Source of the DNA: Bacteroidales bacterium
Lineage (GTDB): Bacteria > Bacteroidota > Bacteroidia > Bacteroidales > CG2-30-32-10
Length of the DNA stretch: 54,374 nucleotides
NCBI GenBank assembly: GCA_038214085.1
Contig: JBBQSF010000001.1
Span: forward strand, 1-54,374
Reading direction: 5' to 3'
Under the pieces are notes generated by a model. It had not been told where the DNA came from and did not search any database. It was given only the letters and a program-made list of their open reading frames with translations. This document shows positions 37,157 to 47,093 of the stretch, one piece after another; position 1 is the first letter of the stretch; every line of letters starts with the position of its first letter. Position numbers and translations under genes: made by a program.

Positions 37157-38350
37157 ATGGAAGAAATTTTTAAAAAAATCAATGAACTTGCAGAAAAATA
37201 CAGTGACTATACCGCTGAAAATCTATCTAAATTGGTAAAGATAAAATCAGTTAGTATGCAGGAAAAAGATGTTCAGTTAGAACTTAAACGCCAGATGGAA
37301 GAAGCCGGTTTTGATGAAGTTAAAATTGATGGACTGGGCAACGTAATCGGACGTATTGGAAATGGTTCAAAAATACTTGCTATCGATGGTCACATGGATA
37401 CAGTGGATGTTGGAAACCTTGACAACTGGAATTTTGATCCCTTCAGTGGTGAAATTAAAGACGGCTTTGTTCACGGTCGTGGAACTGTTGATCAAGAAGG
37501 CGGACCGGCAGCTGCAGTTACCAGTGGGAAAATTCTGAAAGAACTCGGATTCGACAAAGACCTAACTTTTTATGTTGTCGGAAGTGTTATGGAAGAAGAC
37601 TGCGATGGACTTTGCTGGAAATATCTCGTGGAAGAAGAAAAACTCAGACCTGATTTTGTGATCAGCACTGAACCTACAAATCTAAATATTTACAGAGGAC
37701 ACAGAGGCAGAATGGAAATCGTTGTGAAATTTCGCGGAGTTTCATGTCACGGTAGCGCTCCCGAACGTGGAAAAAACGCTATTTACATGGCTGCTCGTGC
37801 TGCTCTTGAAATTGAAAAATTAAACGAAAGACTTAAATCGGATGATTTCCTTGGAAAAGGTACGGTAACTATTTCGGAAATAAAATCAGGAAGTCCATCA
37901 TTATGTGCTGTTGCTGATTATGCGCAGTTTCACTTGGACAGAAGGCTGACTTGGGGCGAAACCAAAGAATCCGCTGTAGCCGAAATTGAAGAAATCGTAA
38001 AAAATATGGATGCCAAGGTTGAAGTGCTCTATTATGAGGAAGAAGCTTATACTGGCCTAAAGTATGGTATGGAAAAATATTTCCCGACATGGAAAATTGA
38101 AGAAAGTGAAAAAGTGGTTCAGTCGGGTGTAAAAGCTTTTGAAGGATTGTTCAATAAAAAACCGAAAGTGGACAAATGGACATTCTCTACAAATGGAGTT
38201 ACTATCAATGGATATTACGGTATTCCATTAATTGGCTTTGGTCCTGGCAACGAAGTTCTTGCTCACGCACCAAACGAAAAAGTTCCTGTAAGCGATCTCG
38301 TTGCCGCATCTGCATTTTATGCTGCTTATGCTTATACAATTTCAGAATAA
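37157..38350 (+). CDS. ygeY: YgeY-family M20 metallo-hydrolase (selenium/purine-metabolism-linked)
   Basis: Long identical blocks to my recollection of E. coli YgeY: EEDCDGLCW, STEPT...YRGHRGRMEI, GVSCHGSAPERG, RRLTWGET, FPTWK.EE, DKWTFSTNGV, GFGPG...AHAPNEK. Start at ATG 37157; the TTG at 37115 lies inside a perfect -7 box. Confidence 0.88.
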   Translation: MEEIFKKINELAEKYSDYTAENLSKLVKIKSVSMQEKDVQLELKRQMEEAGFDEVKIDGLGNVIGRIGNGSKILAIDGHMDTVDVGNLDNWNFDPFSGEIKDGFVHGRGTVDQEGGPAAAVTSGKILKELGFDKDLTFYVVGSVMEEDCDGLCWKYLVEEEKLRPDFVISTEPTNLNIYRGHRGRMEIVVKFRGVSCHGSAPERGKNAIYMAARAALEIEKLNERLKSDDFLGKGTVTISEIKSGSPSLCAVADYAQFHLDRRLTWGETKESAVAEIEEIVKNMDAKVEVLYYEEEAYTGLKYGMEKYFPTWKIEESEKVVQSGVKAFEGLFNKKPKVDKWTFSTNGVTINGYYGIPLIGFGPGNEVLAHAPNEKVPVSDLVAASAFYAAYAYTISE

Positions 38351-38381
38351 TTAAACGCAATTCAACCTAAAAATTATCGAT

Positions 38382-39566
38382 ATGCCATTCAAAAGTATTT
38401 TAAAAGACCTTAAACACTTAGATACAAAATTGTATCAAAAAGATTTTCTTCTTACATGGGAAAAAACCAACGACGAATTGGTTCAAACCCTTCTTGTTGC
38501 AGAAGCATTGCAATATTTACGCGATAAAAATATCTCAACCAAATGTTTTGACTCTGGCTTGGCCATATCAAATTTTAGGGACAATTCAACCCGCACACGC
38601 TTTTCATTTGCTTCGGCTTGCAACTTGCTTGGACTCGAAGTTCAGGATCTTGACGAAGGAAAATCGCAAATTGCACATGGCGAAACCGTAAGAGAAACAG
38701 CAAATATGATTTCTTTTTTAACAGAAATTATAGGTATCCGCGATGATATGTTTCTCGGAGCTGGTCATACCTACATGAAAGAAGTTGGTGAAGCACTTGA
38801 CGATGGTTTTGAAAACGGAGTATTACCTCAGCGCCCAGGAATTGTAAATCTGCAATGTGATATTGATCACCCAACCCAATCAATGGCCGACTTGATGCAT
38901 TTGAAAAGTGTTTTCGGTTCGTTGAATGATTTAAAAGGGAAAAAAATCGCAATGACATGGGCTTATTCTCCAAGTTACGGAAAACCACTGTCGGTTCCTC
39001 AGGGAATCATTGGTTTGATGACACGTTTTGGAATGGAAGTGGAGCTTGCTCATCCCGAAGGATATGGTCTTATTCCGGATGTGATTGAGGTAGCAAAGAA
39101 AAATGCGGAACAAAGTGGCGGTTCATTTAAAATTGTTAACTCAATGGAAGAAGCTTTCACAAACGCAGATATTGTTTATCCTAAAAGCTGGGCACCTTAT
39201 CATGTAATGCAACGCAGAACAGAACTTCTTACCAATAACGACAATAATGGTTTGAAAGATCTTGAAAAAGAATGTCTTGAAAATAACGCAAAATTTAAGA
39301 ATTGGGAATGTGATGCCGAAAAAATGAAGCTTACCAAGGATGGCGAAGCATTATATATGCATTGCCTGCCCGCAGATATTTCAGGCGTTTCCTGTAAAGA
39401 AGGCGAGGTTTCGGCTGATGTATTTGAAAAATACAGAATTCAAACTTATACAGAAGCGGGTTACAAACCATACATCATTGCTTCTATGATTCTGAATAAC
39501 AAATACAAAAATGTGGAAAAATTGCTCGACGATATGGATTATAGAGCAAAACGCAGAGTATTTTAA
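38382..39566 (+). CDS. ygeW: YgeW-type knotted carbamoyltransferase
   Basis: Near-identical blocks to my recollection of E. coli YgeW: KDFLLTWE.T.DEL, FRDNSTRTRFS, DLDEGKSQIAHGETVRETANMISF, IGIRDDM.LGAG, VNLQCDIDHPTQSMADL, LKGKKIAMTWAYSPSYGKPLSVPQGIIGLMTRFGM, GEALYMHCLPADISGVSCKEGEV. Confidence 0.92.
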   Translation: MPFKSILKDLKHLDTKLYQKDFLLTWEKTNDELVQTLLVAEALQYLRDKNISTKCFDSGLAISNFRDNSTRTRFSFASACNLLGLEVQDLDEGKSQIAHGETVRETANMISFLTEIIGIRDDMFLGAGHTYMKEVGEALDDGFENGVLPQRPGIVNLQCDIDHPTQSMADLMHLKSVFGSLNDLKGKKIAMTWAYSPSYGKPLSVPQGIIGLMTRFGMEVELAHPEGYGLIPDVIEVAKKNAEQSGGSFKIVNSMEEAFTNADIVYPKSWAPYHVMQRRTELLTNNDNNGLKDLEKECLENNAKFKNWECDAEKMKLTKDGEALYMHCLPADISGVSCKEGEVSADVFEKYRIQTYTEAGYKPYIIASMILNNKYKNVEKLLDDMDYRAKRRVF

Positions 39567-39669
39567 AAAATCCTGAAGCGAAAAATTTTCGAAAAAGACA
39601 ATAAGATCGAAAAAAAAATATTTTTTATTGATTTTTTTGCCTTTGATATACAGTATGTTAAAAATTTAG

Positions 39670-39677
39670 TATTTTTG
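39670..39677 (+). promoter_or_regulatory. -7 promoter box TATTTTTG
   Basis: Perfect match ending 33 nt before ATG 39711. Confidence 0.45.
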
Positions 39678-39710
39678 TTAAACTAAAAAACCAAGAAAAA
39701 CCCAATTCTT

Positions 39711-40085
39711 ATGAAAAAAGTACTTGCAATTGTTTCAATTATGCTGTTTGCATTCAATTTTCAGATTTTTGCTCAAGAAAAAACTGAAGATGTCACAAAG
39801 CCAAAACTTACCGTTCAGGAACGTACAGACAAGATTATGGCAGAAATGACAACCGAACTTACGTTAACCAGTGAGCAGGTAACTCTTGTTACTCCAATTG
39901 TATTCGCTTCATTTCAGCAACGCGATGAACAATTGATTACTTATGCAGGCAACAAAGAAATGCTAGCATCAACACGCAAACAGTTAATTGCTGATACAAA
40001 AGTAAAGTTACAGAATATTTTAACCGAAGATCAACTATCCCGCCTTACCAAATTATGGGGATCCAGAAAACAAAAAGTTAAATAA
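39711..40085 (+). CDS. Small periplasmic LTXXQ-motif (Spy/CpxP-like) protein
   Basis: Signal peptide; two LTxxQ motifs (LTSEQ, LTEDQ); helical; 124 aa. Confidence 0.6.
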   Translation: MKKVLAIVSIMLFAFNFQIFAQEKTEDVTKPKLTVQERTDKIMAEMTTELTLTSEQVTLVTPIVFASFQQRDEQLITYAGNKEMLASTRKQLIADTKVKLQNILTEDQLSRLTKLWGSRKQKVK

Positions 40086-40104
40086 AAAAAATAATTATTA
40101 TTAT

Positions 40105-40135
40105 GAAGGGCTGATTTTAAAGCCCTTTTTTATTT
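40105..40135. terminator. Shared hairpin between convergent genes (LTXXQ gene and mutS)
   Basis: GAAGGGCT / AGCCCTTT stem with an 8-nt loop and a T-run on the plus strand. It overlaps the mutS stop codon. Confidence 0.55.
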
Positions 40136-42766
40136 TCCGGTAATCAGCTTTTTTATTTCATTTAGTTTCATCAAAGCTTCAACAGGAGTGAGAGTGTTGA
40201 TGTTGATAAGGAGAATATCTTCTTTGATTTGTTCCAGAATCGGGTCGTTAAGTTGTATAAAACTTAATTGATAATCTTTCAAATCTTTTTTTGCTTTTGA
40301 AATTTCTCTCGTTTTATGTGTGAGTTCTTGGCTGCTGTGCGATTTTTCGAGTTTAATAAGAATATCATTGGCGCAGTCAATAACTTTTGGTGGCATTCCA
40401 GCCATTTTAGCTACATGAATTCCAAAGCTGTGTTCGGTTCCGCCTCGGGTTAATTTACGCAGGAAAAGAACTTTGTTCCCAATTTCTTTTACACTGATGT
40501 GAAAATTTTGAATGCGGTGCATGGATGCCGCCATTTCATTCAATTCGTGGTAATGTGTGGCAAAAAGCGTTTTTGGTTTGTAAAACGGATGCTCATGTAA
40601 GAATTCTGCAATAGCCCATGCTATCGAAATGCCATCGTAAGTGCTGGTTCCACGGCCGATTTCATCGAGCAGAATCAAGCTACGGTTGGATACATTGTTC
40701 AGGATACTGGCGGTTTCATTCATTTCAACCATAAAAGTTGATTCCCCAGAAGTGATATTATCAGAAGCACCCACACGGGTAAAGATTTTATCCACAATTC
40801 CAATTTTTGCAGATTCGGCAGGAACAAAAGAGCCTGTTTGTGCCAGAAGAACAATAAGTGCTGTTTGGCGAAGCAAAGCTGATTTTCCCGACATGTTCGG
40901 CCCAGTAATAATGATAATCTGCTGTGTTTCCTGATCAAGAAAAAGATCGTTGTCAATATATACTTCACCTGGCGGAAGCGTTTGTTCAATAACAGGATGT
41001 CGGCCTTTTATGATTTCAAGTTGAAACGAATCGTTTATTTCCGGCCGGCAGTAATTGTGTTTTTTTGCAGTATGAGCAAAAGAAAGTAAACAATCCAACC
41101 GGGCAACCAGTGAAGCATTAAGCTGAACCGGAGCAATGTAATCGGAAAGTGTTATAATCAGATCATTAAAAAGGCGGGTTTCTAGTGTAAGAATTTTTTC
41201 TTCGGCTCCCAGGATTTTTTCTTCATAAATTTTTAATTCTTCTGTAATATATCTTTCAGCATTTACAAGGGTTTGCTTGCGTTGCCATTCGGGCGGAACT
41301 TTATCTTTATGAGTGTTGGTTACTTCAATATAATAACCAAAAACATTATTAAAAGCGACTTTTAAAGAGGTAATTCCTGTGCGTTCGCTTTCCCTTTGCT
41401 GAATCTGAAGCAAATAATCTTTCCCTGAATAAGCAAGAGCGCGCAATTCGTCGAGTTCGGAATTCACACCTTTATTTATGACATTTCCTTTATTTATCAT
41501 TGCCGGCGGGTCTTCCTGAATTTCTTTTGCAATACGGTTTTTTATCAGGTGACAGCAATTGATTTGATCCCCAATTTTTTGTAAAGCGGGTTCGGTGGAT
41601 TCAGAGCAAGCGGACTTGATTGGCTCTAAGGCATTAAGTGCACGACGGAGCTGGATAACTTCTCTAGGACTAATTTTACCAACTGCAACTTTTGAAATAA
41701 GCCTTTCGAGATCACCGATTTGTTTTATACTTTGCGTGAGCAGATCTGTTAATTCTTGGTTTTCGAGAAAAAAATCAACCACATTATGGCGTTCTTCAAT
41801 GGGCGTTTTTTCTTTAAGTGGCAATATCAGCCAACGTTTCAGTAGGCGAGAACCCATGGATGTTAGCGTGTTGTCAATTACTTCAAAAAGTGTTTTTGCA
41901 TTATCATTGGGTGTGTATAATAGTTCCAGATTTCGGATAGTGAACCTGTCGAGCCAAACATAATGATCTTCTTCGATACGAGTGATCTTAGTTATATGCT
42001 TTGTTTTGTCGTGCTGTGTTTCGGCAAGATAATGCAATGCTGCACCAGCCGCAATTATTCCAGCATTGAGTTGGTCAACGCCAAAACCTTTAAGTGATTT
42101 GGTTTGGAAATGTTTAAGCAGGGAATCCTCTCCGAATTCTATTGTAAAAACCCAGTCTTCGAAAGTATTTGTATAAAACTTATCTCCAAAAAGTTCAGTA
42201 AATAATTTTTGTTTGTTTTTTTGAATGATTACTTCACTTGGCTTGAAACTCTGAAGTAACTTGTCGATATATTCATTATTTCCTTGTGAAACAAAGAATT
42301 CTCCGGTTGAAATATCTAAAAAAGAAATACCCGAAATTTTTGAATCGATATGTAAACTGGCTAAAAAATTATTGGATTTATGATCAAGAATTTTATCATT
42401 GTACGAAACTCCGGGAGTAACCAATTCGGTAACTCCTCTTTTAACAATTGTTTTGGTAAGTTTCGGATCTTCGAGTTGATCGCAGATTGCCACTCTTTGC
42501 CCTGCCTTAACCAACTTTGGCAAGTAAGTATCCAGTGCGTGATGCGGAAAACCAGCCAACTCAATATACGCAGCTGAGCCATTTGCCCGTCGGGTTAGTA
42601 CAATTCCTAAAATGCCAGATGCTTTTATGGCGTCTTCGCCAAAAGTTTCGTAAAAGTCACCCACCCTGAATAGCAATAATGCATCGGGATATTTTGCTTT
42701 AATAGCTGAATATTGCTTCATCAGCGGGGTCTCTACTATGCTATTTTCTTGTTTGTCTTTTGCCAA
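40130..42766 (-). CDS. mutS: DNA mismatch repair protein MutS
   Basis: TPLMKQY..IK...[14 protein letters not shown], Walker [28 protein letters not shown]. The ORF opens with TTG at 42766; the first ATG (42721, MKQY) would remove conserved N-terminal residues. Confidence 0.92.
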   Translation of the reverse strand: MAKDKQENSIVETPLMKQYSAIKAKYPDALLLFRVGDFYETFGEDAIKASGILGIVLTRRANGSAAYIELAGFPHHALDTYLPKLVKAGQRVAICDQLEDPKLTKTIVKRGVTELVTPGVSYNDKILDHKSNNFLASLHIDSKISGISFLDISTGEFFVSQGNNEYIDKLLQSFKPSEVIIQKNKQKLFTELFGDKFYTNTFEDWVFTIEFGEDSLLKHFQTKSLKGFGVDQLNAGIIAAGAALHYLAETQHDKTKHITKITRIEEDHYVWLDRFTIRNLELLYTPNDNAKTLFEVIDNTLTSMGSRLLKRWLILPLKEKTPIEERHNVVDFFLENQELTDLLTQSIKQIGDLERLISKVAVGKISPREVIQLRRALNALEPIKSACSESTEPALQKIGDQINCCHLIKNRIAKEIQEDPPAMINKGNVINKGVNSELDELRALAYSGKDYLLQIQQRESERTGITSLKVAFNNVFGYYIEVTNTHKDKVPPEWQRKQTLVNAERYITEELKIYEEKILGAEEKILTLETRLFNDLIITLSDYIAPVQLNASLVARLDCLLSFAHTAKKHNYCRPEINDSFQLEIIKGRHPVIEQTLPPGEVYIDNDLFLDQETQQIIIITGPNMSGKSALLRQTALIVLLAQTGSFVPAESAKIGIVDKIFTRVGASDNITSGESTFMVEMNETASILNNVSNRSLILLDEIGRGTSTYDGISIAWAIAEFLHEHPFYKPKTLFATHYHELNEMAASMHRIQNFHISVKEIGNKVLFLRKLTRGGTEHSFGIHVAKMAGMPPKVIDCANDILIKLEKSHSSQELTHKTREISKAKKDLKDYQLSFIQLNDPILEQIKEDILLININTLTPVEALMKLNEIKKLITGK

Positions 42767-42893
42767 AATATATGATTGAAAATCTTATGAAATCATGAAT
42801 GGTTGATGTACTCATTTTTATATGACAAAAATAAGATTTTTTAGGTTTTGAAACGATATTTGTTTTTCTTGATAAAGATTAGATAAAGGTTTT

Positions 42894-42901
42894 TACTTTT
42901 G
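42894..42901 (+). promoter_or_regulatory. -7 promoter box TACTTTTG for the SpoU methyltransferase
   Basis: Perfect match ending 13 nt before ATG 42915. Confidence 0.45.
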
Positions 42902-42914
42902 CAGAAAAGGACAA

Positions 42915-43457
42915 ATGAAAAAATTATCAATGACAGATTTAAATAGGATTTCGGTTTCTGAATTTAAATCGGCAGAAAAGCTTCCTGTTGTTGTTGTTCT
43001 TGATAATGTGCGTAGTTTAAACAATATTGGATCTATATTTCGTACATCTGATGCATTTCGAGTTCAGGCTGTTTATTTATGCGGAATTACTGGAGTTCCT
43101 CCACATAAGGAAATTCACAAAACAGCTTTAGGTGCTACGGAATCTGTTGCATGGCGTTATTTTGAAAACACTGAAATGGCTGTAAATGAGCTTAAGAATA
43201 ATAAATTTTTAGTGTTTGCCGTCGAGCAGACAAGCAACAGCGTTATGCTTCAAGATATATGCTTTGAAAATAACGAGGCAATAGCGATCGTTTTTGGAAA
43301 TGAAGTTAATGGGGTTGCGGAAAATCTGCTTCTCCTTGTGGATGGATCTATCGAAATACCTCAGTTTGGCACCAAGCATTCCTTTAATATAGCAGTTTCG
43401 GCAGGAATAGTATTGTGGGAATTGTATAAAAAATATAGGATAAAAAAAAACCTCTGA
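42915..43457 (+). CDS. SpoU/TrmH-family RNA 2'-O-methyltransferase
   Basis: SpoU motifs NIGSIFRTSDAF, VFGNEVNGV and IPQFGTKHSFNIAVSAGIVLWE. Confidence 0.85.
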   Translation: MKKLSMTDLNRISVSEFKSAEKLPVVVVLDNVRSLNNIGSIFRTSDAFRVQAVYLCGITGVPPHKEIHKTALGATESVAWRYFENTEMAVNELKNNKFLVFAVEQTSNSVMLQDICFENNEAIAIVFGNEVNGVAENLLLLVDGSIEIPQFGTKHSFNIAVSAGIVLWELYKKYRIKKNL

Positions 43458-43477
43458 AATTTCAGAGGTTTTTTTTG
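43442..43477. terminator. Bidirectional rho-independent terminator between the SpoU gene and the OmpA-family gene
   Basis: A9-CCTCTGAAATTTCAGAGG-T8: a perfect palindrome flanked by A and T runs. It overlaps the SpoU stop codon. Confidence 0.75.
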
Positions 43478-43488
43478 TGGTTATTTAA

Positions 43489-44844
43489 TTACTTTTTGAT
43501 TAAGAAATCAACTCTTCTGTTAACACCAAGTATATCACTTGAAATTGGATCGGTTATACCTTTACCAACTATACTTAATCTTGAAGCATCAATTCCGTAT
43601 GATTTGATAAGTTTATCGTAAACAGCTTTTGCTCTTTTTTCGCTGAGTAGCTGATTGTAAACCTGTCCACCTGTTTTGTCGGCATGTCCAACAATATCAA
43701 ATTTTAGATCTGAGTTTGCTTTCAGCATTGCAGCTGCAGAGGCAATTTTTTCTTCATTAACAGCATCAATTACGGTACTGTTTACAGTAAAGAATATCGA
43801 GAACTGTGGTTGGTTTAATCCTGCTGAGGATGATGTTTTAGGAATTGTTATGCCCTGGAAGTTAACCAAATTGCCTTTTGGTGTATTTGGTTCCAAATCT
43901 TTACTATTGGGAACGCCATCACCATCATCATCGGCTTCTTTAACAGGGTTTTTCAGATCAGCAACATCTTTTTGTAGCACATTAACTTTATTGTCAATTT
44001 CGTTTAGCTTGTTGCCAAGTGAGTCAATTTTTTTGTTAATTGCAGCAAATTTAGGAGCAAGTTCATCTGATTCCATTTCTTTAGGAGTAACCCATTCAAG
44101 AGATTTATCATTTTTACCAATTTTATATGTTAATACAAAACTTGTATATCCGTATTTATCTTTAGCAGTATTTTGTTTAACTCTTGCATCAAGTTTATCA
44201 GTGTTTACATTGTTAATGGTGCTTTCTAATCCAATATCAAATCTTTTGTTGATTTTGTATTTAACGCCAAGACCAACTGGAATCATAACCTCAGTAGTCT
44301 TTTTTGATTCCTGACCAAATTCGCCATAACCATAGGAGAATAAAGTGGCATCATCAGATAATTTCTGTTGTTTGGTTTTGAAATCGATAAACCCAACTCC
44401 TAAAATACCATACAATTTAAATTTCTGATTTACTTTAATAGGAGAAAAAAGGTTGCTTAAATTTAAATAAGCATTTGCTCCGTAAGAAAGGAAACTTGCA
44501 TTAAAATAAGCATTAGCAACTTTACGCATGCCTGATAATTTGCCTGATTGCAAAAATCCCTGAACACCAATGAATGATGTTAATTGTTTATTTACGGATA
44601 AACCAAATCCCATTTGACGTTCGGTAATATCCTGAGTAGTTTTATACCAGTCCTTAGCATTTTGTTTTGAAACAGGATAAAAATCAAATTGACGTAAATC
44701 GCCATAAAACAACATAGATCCACCGCTGACCGAAACAGACCAAGTGTTGTATTCTATTTTTTCTGTAGAATTTTGCGCATTACTTTTGGTGTTGAAAATC
44801 AATAAAAGCACTAGAGTAAGGGCAACAAAGTTGATAGTTTTCAT
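43489..44844 (-). CDS. OmpA-family outer-membrane protein (N-terminal barrel, coiled coil, TSP3-like Asp-rich linker, OmpA_C)
   Basis: Signal peptide; DDDGDGVPNSKD; C-terminal GHADKTGGQVYNQLLSEKRAKAVYDKL...NRRVDF. Confidence 0.88.
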   Translation of the reverse strand: MKTINFVALTLVLLLIFNTKSNAQNSTEKIEYNTWSVSVSGGSMLFYGDLRQFDFYPVSKQNAKDWYKTTQDITERQMGFGLSVNKQLTSFIGVQGFLQSGKLSGMRKVANAYFNASFLSYGANAYLNLSNLFSPIKVNQKFKLYGILGVGFIDFKTKQQKLSDDATLFSYGYGEFGQESKKTTEVMIPVGLGVKYKINKRFDIGLESTINNVNTDKLDARVKQNTAKDKYGYTSFVLTYKIGKNDKSLEWVTPKEMESDELAPKFAAINKKIDSLGNKLNEIDNKVNVLQKDVADLKNPVKEADDDGDGVPNSKDLEPNTPKGNLVNFQGITIPKTSSSAGLNQPQFSIFFTVNSTVIDAVNEEKIASAAAMLKANSDLKFDIVGHADKTGGQVYNQLLSEKRAKAVYDKLIKSYGIDASRLSIVGKGITDPISSDILGVNRRVDFLIKK

Positions 44845-44879
44845 TTTATAAGGTTTAATTAATAAACTAGTTGTGTCTG

Positions 44880-44887
44880 CAAATGTA
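44880..44887 (-). promoter_or_regulatory. -7 promoter box TACATTTG for the OmpA-family gene
   Basis: Perfect match on the minus strand, 35 nt upstream of ATG 44844. Confidence 0.5.
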
Positions 44888-45033
44888 ATAATAAAAACAA
44901 AGAAAACAATACAAAAAGCACTTTTTTTTGTTTAAATTAATAAAAAGATAAGATTGAACGATTCGTATCTTATTTATTTTCAAAAATTTGGATAAAATTC
45001 AAAAAAATAATACAGCAGATTAATATTTGTTTT

Positions 45034-45041
45034 TATATTTG
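45034..45041 (+). promoter_or_regulatory. -7 promoter box TATATTTG for the TPR lipoprotein gene
   Basis: Perfect match ending 49 nt before ATG 45091. Confidence 0.5.
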
Positions 45042-45090
45042 CGAACCGAAATGAAAAATGAAAACAAATAAATAATAAAAATTTATCACT

Positions 45091-46863
45091 ATGAGAACCG
45101 TTAATCTAATGAAAATTGTTGTTTTTGCTGTTATTGTCGCTTTTTTGTCTTCTTGCGGACTTAGCAAAATGGCCAAAAAATATGAAACAGTAAAGTATGA
45201 AGTTACACCTACAGTGCTTGAAACACATGGCGGAAAAATTTCAGTAAAAATTAAAGGTACTATTCCTGTTAAGTATTTTAGTAAAAAAGCAACTTTCGAG
45301 TTTGCTCCTGTGTTAAAATATGCAAATGGAACTACTGCATTAAAAACAATAACTGTTTCTGGCGAAAAAGTTAAAGGTGCAACAGGTACAATAATTAAAA
45401 AGAAATCAGGTGGAACATTCTCTTACGAAGATGTTATTACTTACAACCCCGACATGAACAAATCGGAGCTAACAGTTAATGCTAAAGCAAGTATCAAAAA
45501 GAAAGTTAAAGAATTAGGCGAAAGAAAACTTGCCGATGGTGTGATATATACCAGCACAAGAATTGAAAAAGAAGGCGATACATATATTGCAGAACACGGA
45601 TATGAAAAAGAAGTGATTGTATCCAAATCAGCAGAAATTTTCTTTGCTAAAGGATTATCTGATTTAAATCTTAAAAATCAGGCTTTAAATAAAGACGAAG
45701 CAAACAAGAAAAAATTAGAAGAATTTATTACATTCTACAAAAATGAATGGAAAATAAAAAATGTTGATGTTACTGCATGGGCTTCTCCTGAAGGCGAAGA
45801 AACATACAATGAAGGTTTATCCGACAAACGTTCAAAAACTGCTCAAACATATCTTAAAGATCAAATTACAAAAATCCTTACAGATAAAGCAAAAGCTAAA
45901 AAAGAAAAATTAGATAAAAAGAAACTCGAAGAAATGTTGCCAGTTGTTAATCTTTCTGCTAAAGGCGAAGATTGGGACGGCTTTATGAATGCTTTGGGAT
46001 CTTCTTCACTCAAAGAAAAAAACACGATTATCAATGTGGTTAATTCACAATCAGATCCTTTAAAAAAGGAAAAAGAAATTGAAAACATGGTGGTAATTTA
46101 TCCTGAAATAGAACAACAGATTCTTCCTCCATTGAGAAGAGCAAAAATTACTGTTGATTATTTTGAGCCTAAATTTACGGATCAACAGATTGCAATGTAT
46201 GCAACTACTCAGCCTGATTCTCTTGATAACAAAGAATTGCTTTATGCTGCTACTCTTACAGAAGACCTCAATACCAAATTAAAAATTTACGAAACTACTA
46301 CCACAATGTTCCCACAGGATTGGAGAGCATATAATAATGCAGGGCATGTATGTTTAAAACTCGGAAAATTGGAACAGGCCGCCACTTATTATGAAAGAGC
46401 AAATACACTCAATGCCAATAATGGAATGGTTATTAACGGACTTGGCGTTGTTGCTGCATGGAATAAAAAATATGACAATGCAAAATCTTATTATGAAACT
46501 GCTCAAGGTCTTGGTATCAATGTTAACTTTAACATGGCAGTTTTGTCAATTGTTAACGGAGATTATGCTGGCGCCCTTACACTTTACGGATCAAGAACAT
46601 GTACTCATAACATTGCCCTTGCACAATTACTTTCCGGAAATAATGCAGCAGCAGCAACTACTTTACAGTGTGCCGAACCCAAATCAGCTGCTGTTTATTA
46701 TTTAATGGCTGTAACTGGTGCACGTTCAGGAAATGCTTCTATGATTTATGAAAATCTCCCAAAAGCAATTTCAATGAACTCTGCTTACAGAGCTCAGGCT
46801 GCTGATGATAGAGAATTTTTAAAATATAATACAAATGCAGAATTTATTAATGCAATAAAATAA
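45091..46863 (+). CDS. Lipoprotein with degenerate OmpA-like segment and C-terminal TPR repeats
   Basis: Lipobox LSSCGLS; ASPEGEETYNEGLSDKRSKTAQTYL resembles the OmpA_C peptidoglycan-binding core; the C-terminus carries TPR-like A..YY..A....N repeats. Confidence 0.6.
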   Translation: MRTVNLMKIVVFAVIVAFLSSCGLSKMAKKYETVKYEVTPTVLETHGGKISVKIKGTIPVKYFSKKATFEFAPVLKYANGTTALKTITVSGEKVKGATGTIIKKKSGGTFSYEDVITYNPDMNKSELTVNAKASIKKKVKELGERKLADGVIYTSTRIEKEGDTYIAEHGYEKEVIVSKSAEIFFAKGLSDLNLKNQALNKDEANKKKLEEFITFYKNEWKIKNVDVTAWASPEGEETYNEGLSDKRSKTAQTYLKDQITKILTDKAKAKKEKLDKKKLEEMLPVVNLSAKGEDWDGFMNALGSSSLKEKNTIINVVNSQSDPLKKEKEIENMVVIYPEIEQQILPPLRRAKITVDYFEPKFTDQQIAMYATTQPDSLDNKELLYAATLTEDLNTKLKIYETTTTMFPQDWRAYNNAGHVCLKLGKLEQAATYYERANTLNANNGMVINGLGVVAAWNKKYDNAKSYYETAQGLGINVNFNMAVLSIVNGDYAGALTLYGSRTCTHNIALAQLLSGNNAAAATTLQCAEPKSAAVYYLMAVTGARSGNASMIYENLPKAISMNSAYRAQAADDREFLKYNTNAEFINAIK

Positions 46864-46880
46864 TTTATTATATTTACTAA

Positions 46881-46914
46881 AAAAGGGAAGTTCTTTTCGG
46901 ACTTCCCTTTTTTT
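46881..46914 (+). terminator. Rho-independent terminator after the TPR lipoprotein gene
   Basis: AAAAGGGAAGT ... ACTTCCCTTTT followed by a T-run. Confidence 0.7.
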
Positions 46915-47040
46915 ATGGCTAAAACTTTTATCCCAAATTCCGCATTAAAAAATCTCTAATGTGTAGCGTTAGAAGAAACATAGTGCAATTAGTTAAATTT
47001 CATAAATATACACTACACATTTTTGTTCCAGAATCGAAAA

Positions 47041-47085
47041 AGTAAATGTATTCCAAACAAGAAGAATTTGTTAGGAACATTTACT
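47041..47085 (-). terminator. Imperfect long hairpin with U-tract on the minus strand, probable dNK/folK operon terminator
   Basis: AGTAAATGTATTCC..AACAA-loop-TTGTT..GGAACATTTACT. On the minus strand it is followed by TTTTCGATTC. Confidence 0.45.
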
Positions 47086-47093
47086 AAATCGGG

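Noticed and set aside
43676-44314. 212-aa ORF antisense to the OmpA-family gene; the longest unexplained ORF in the track.
   Set aside because: It has a Ser/Leu-rich, low-complexity composition typical of the reverse frame of a real gene. It has no promoter box and no recognisable motif, and the opposite strand carries a full-length OmpA protein with every expected domain.
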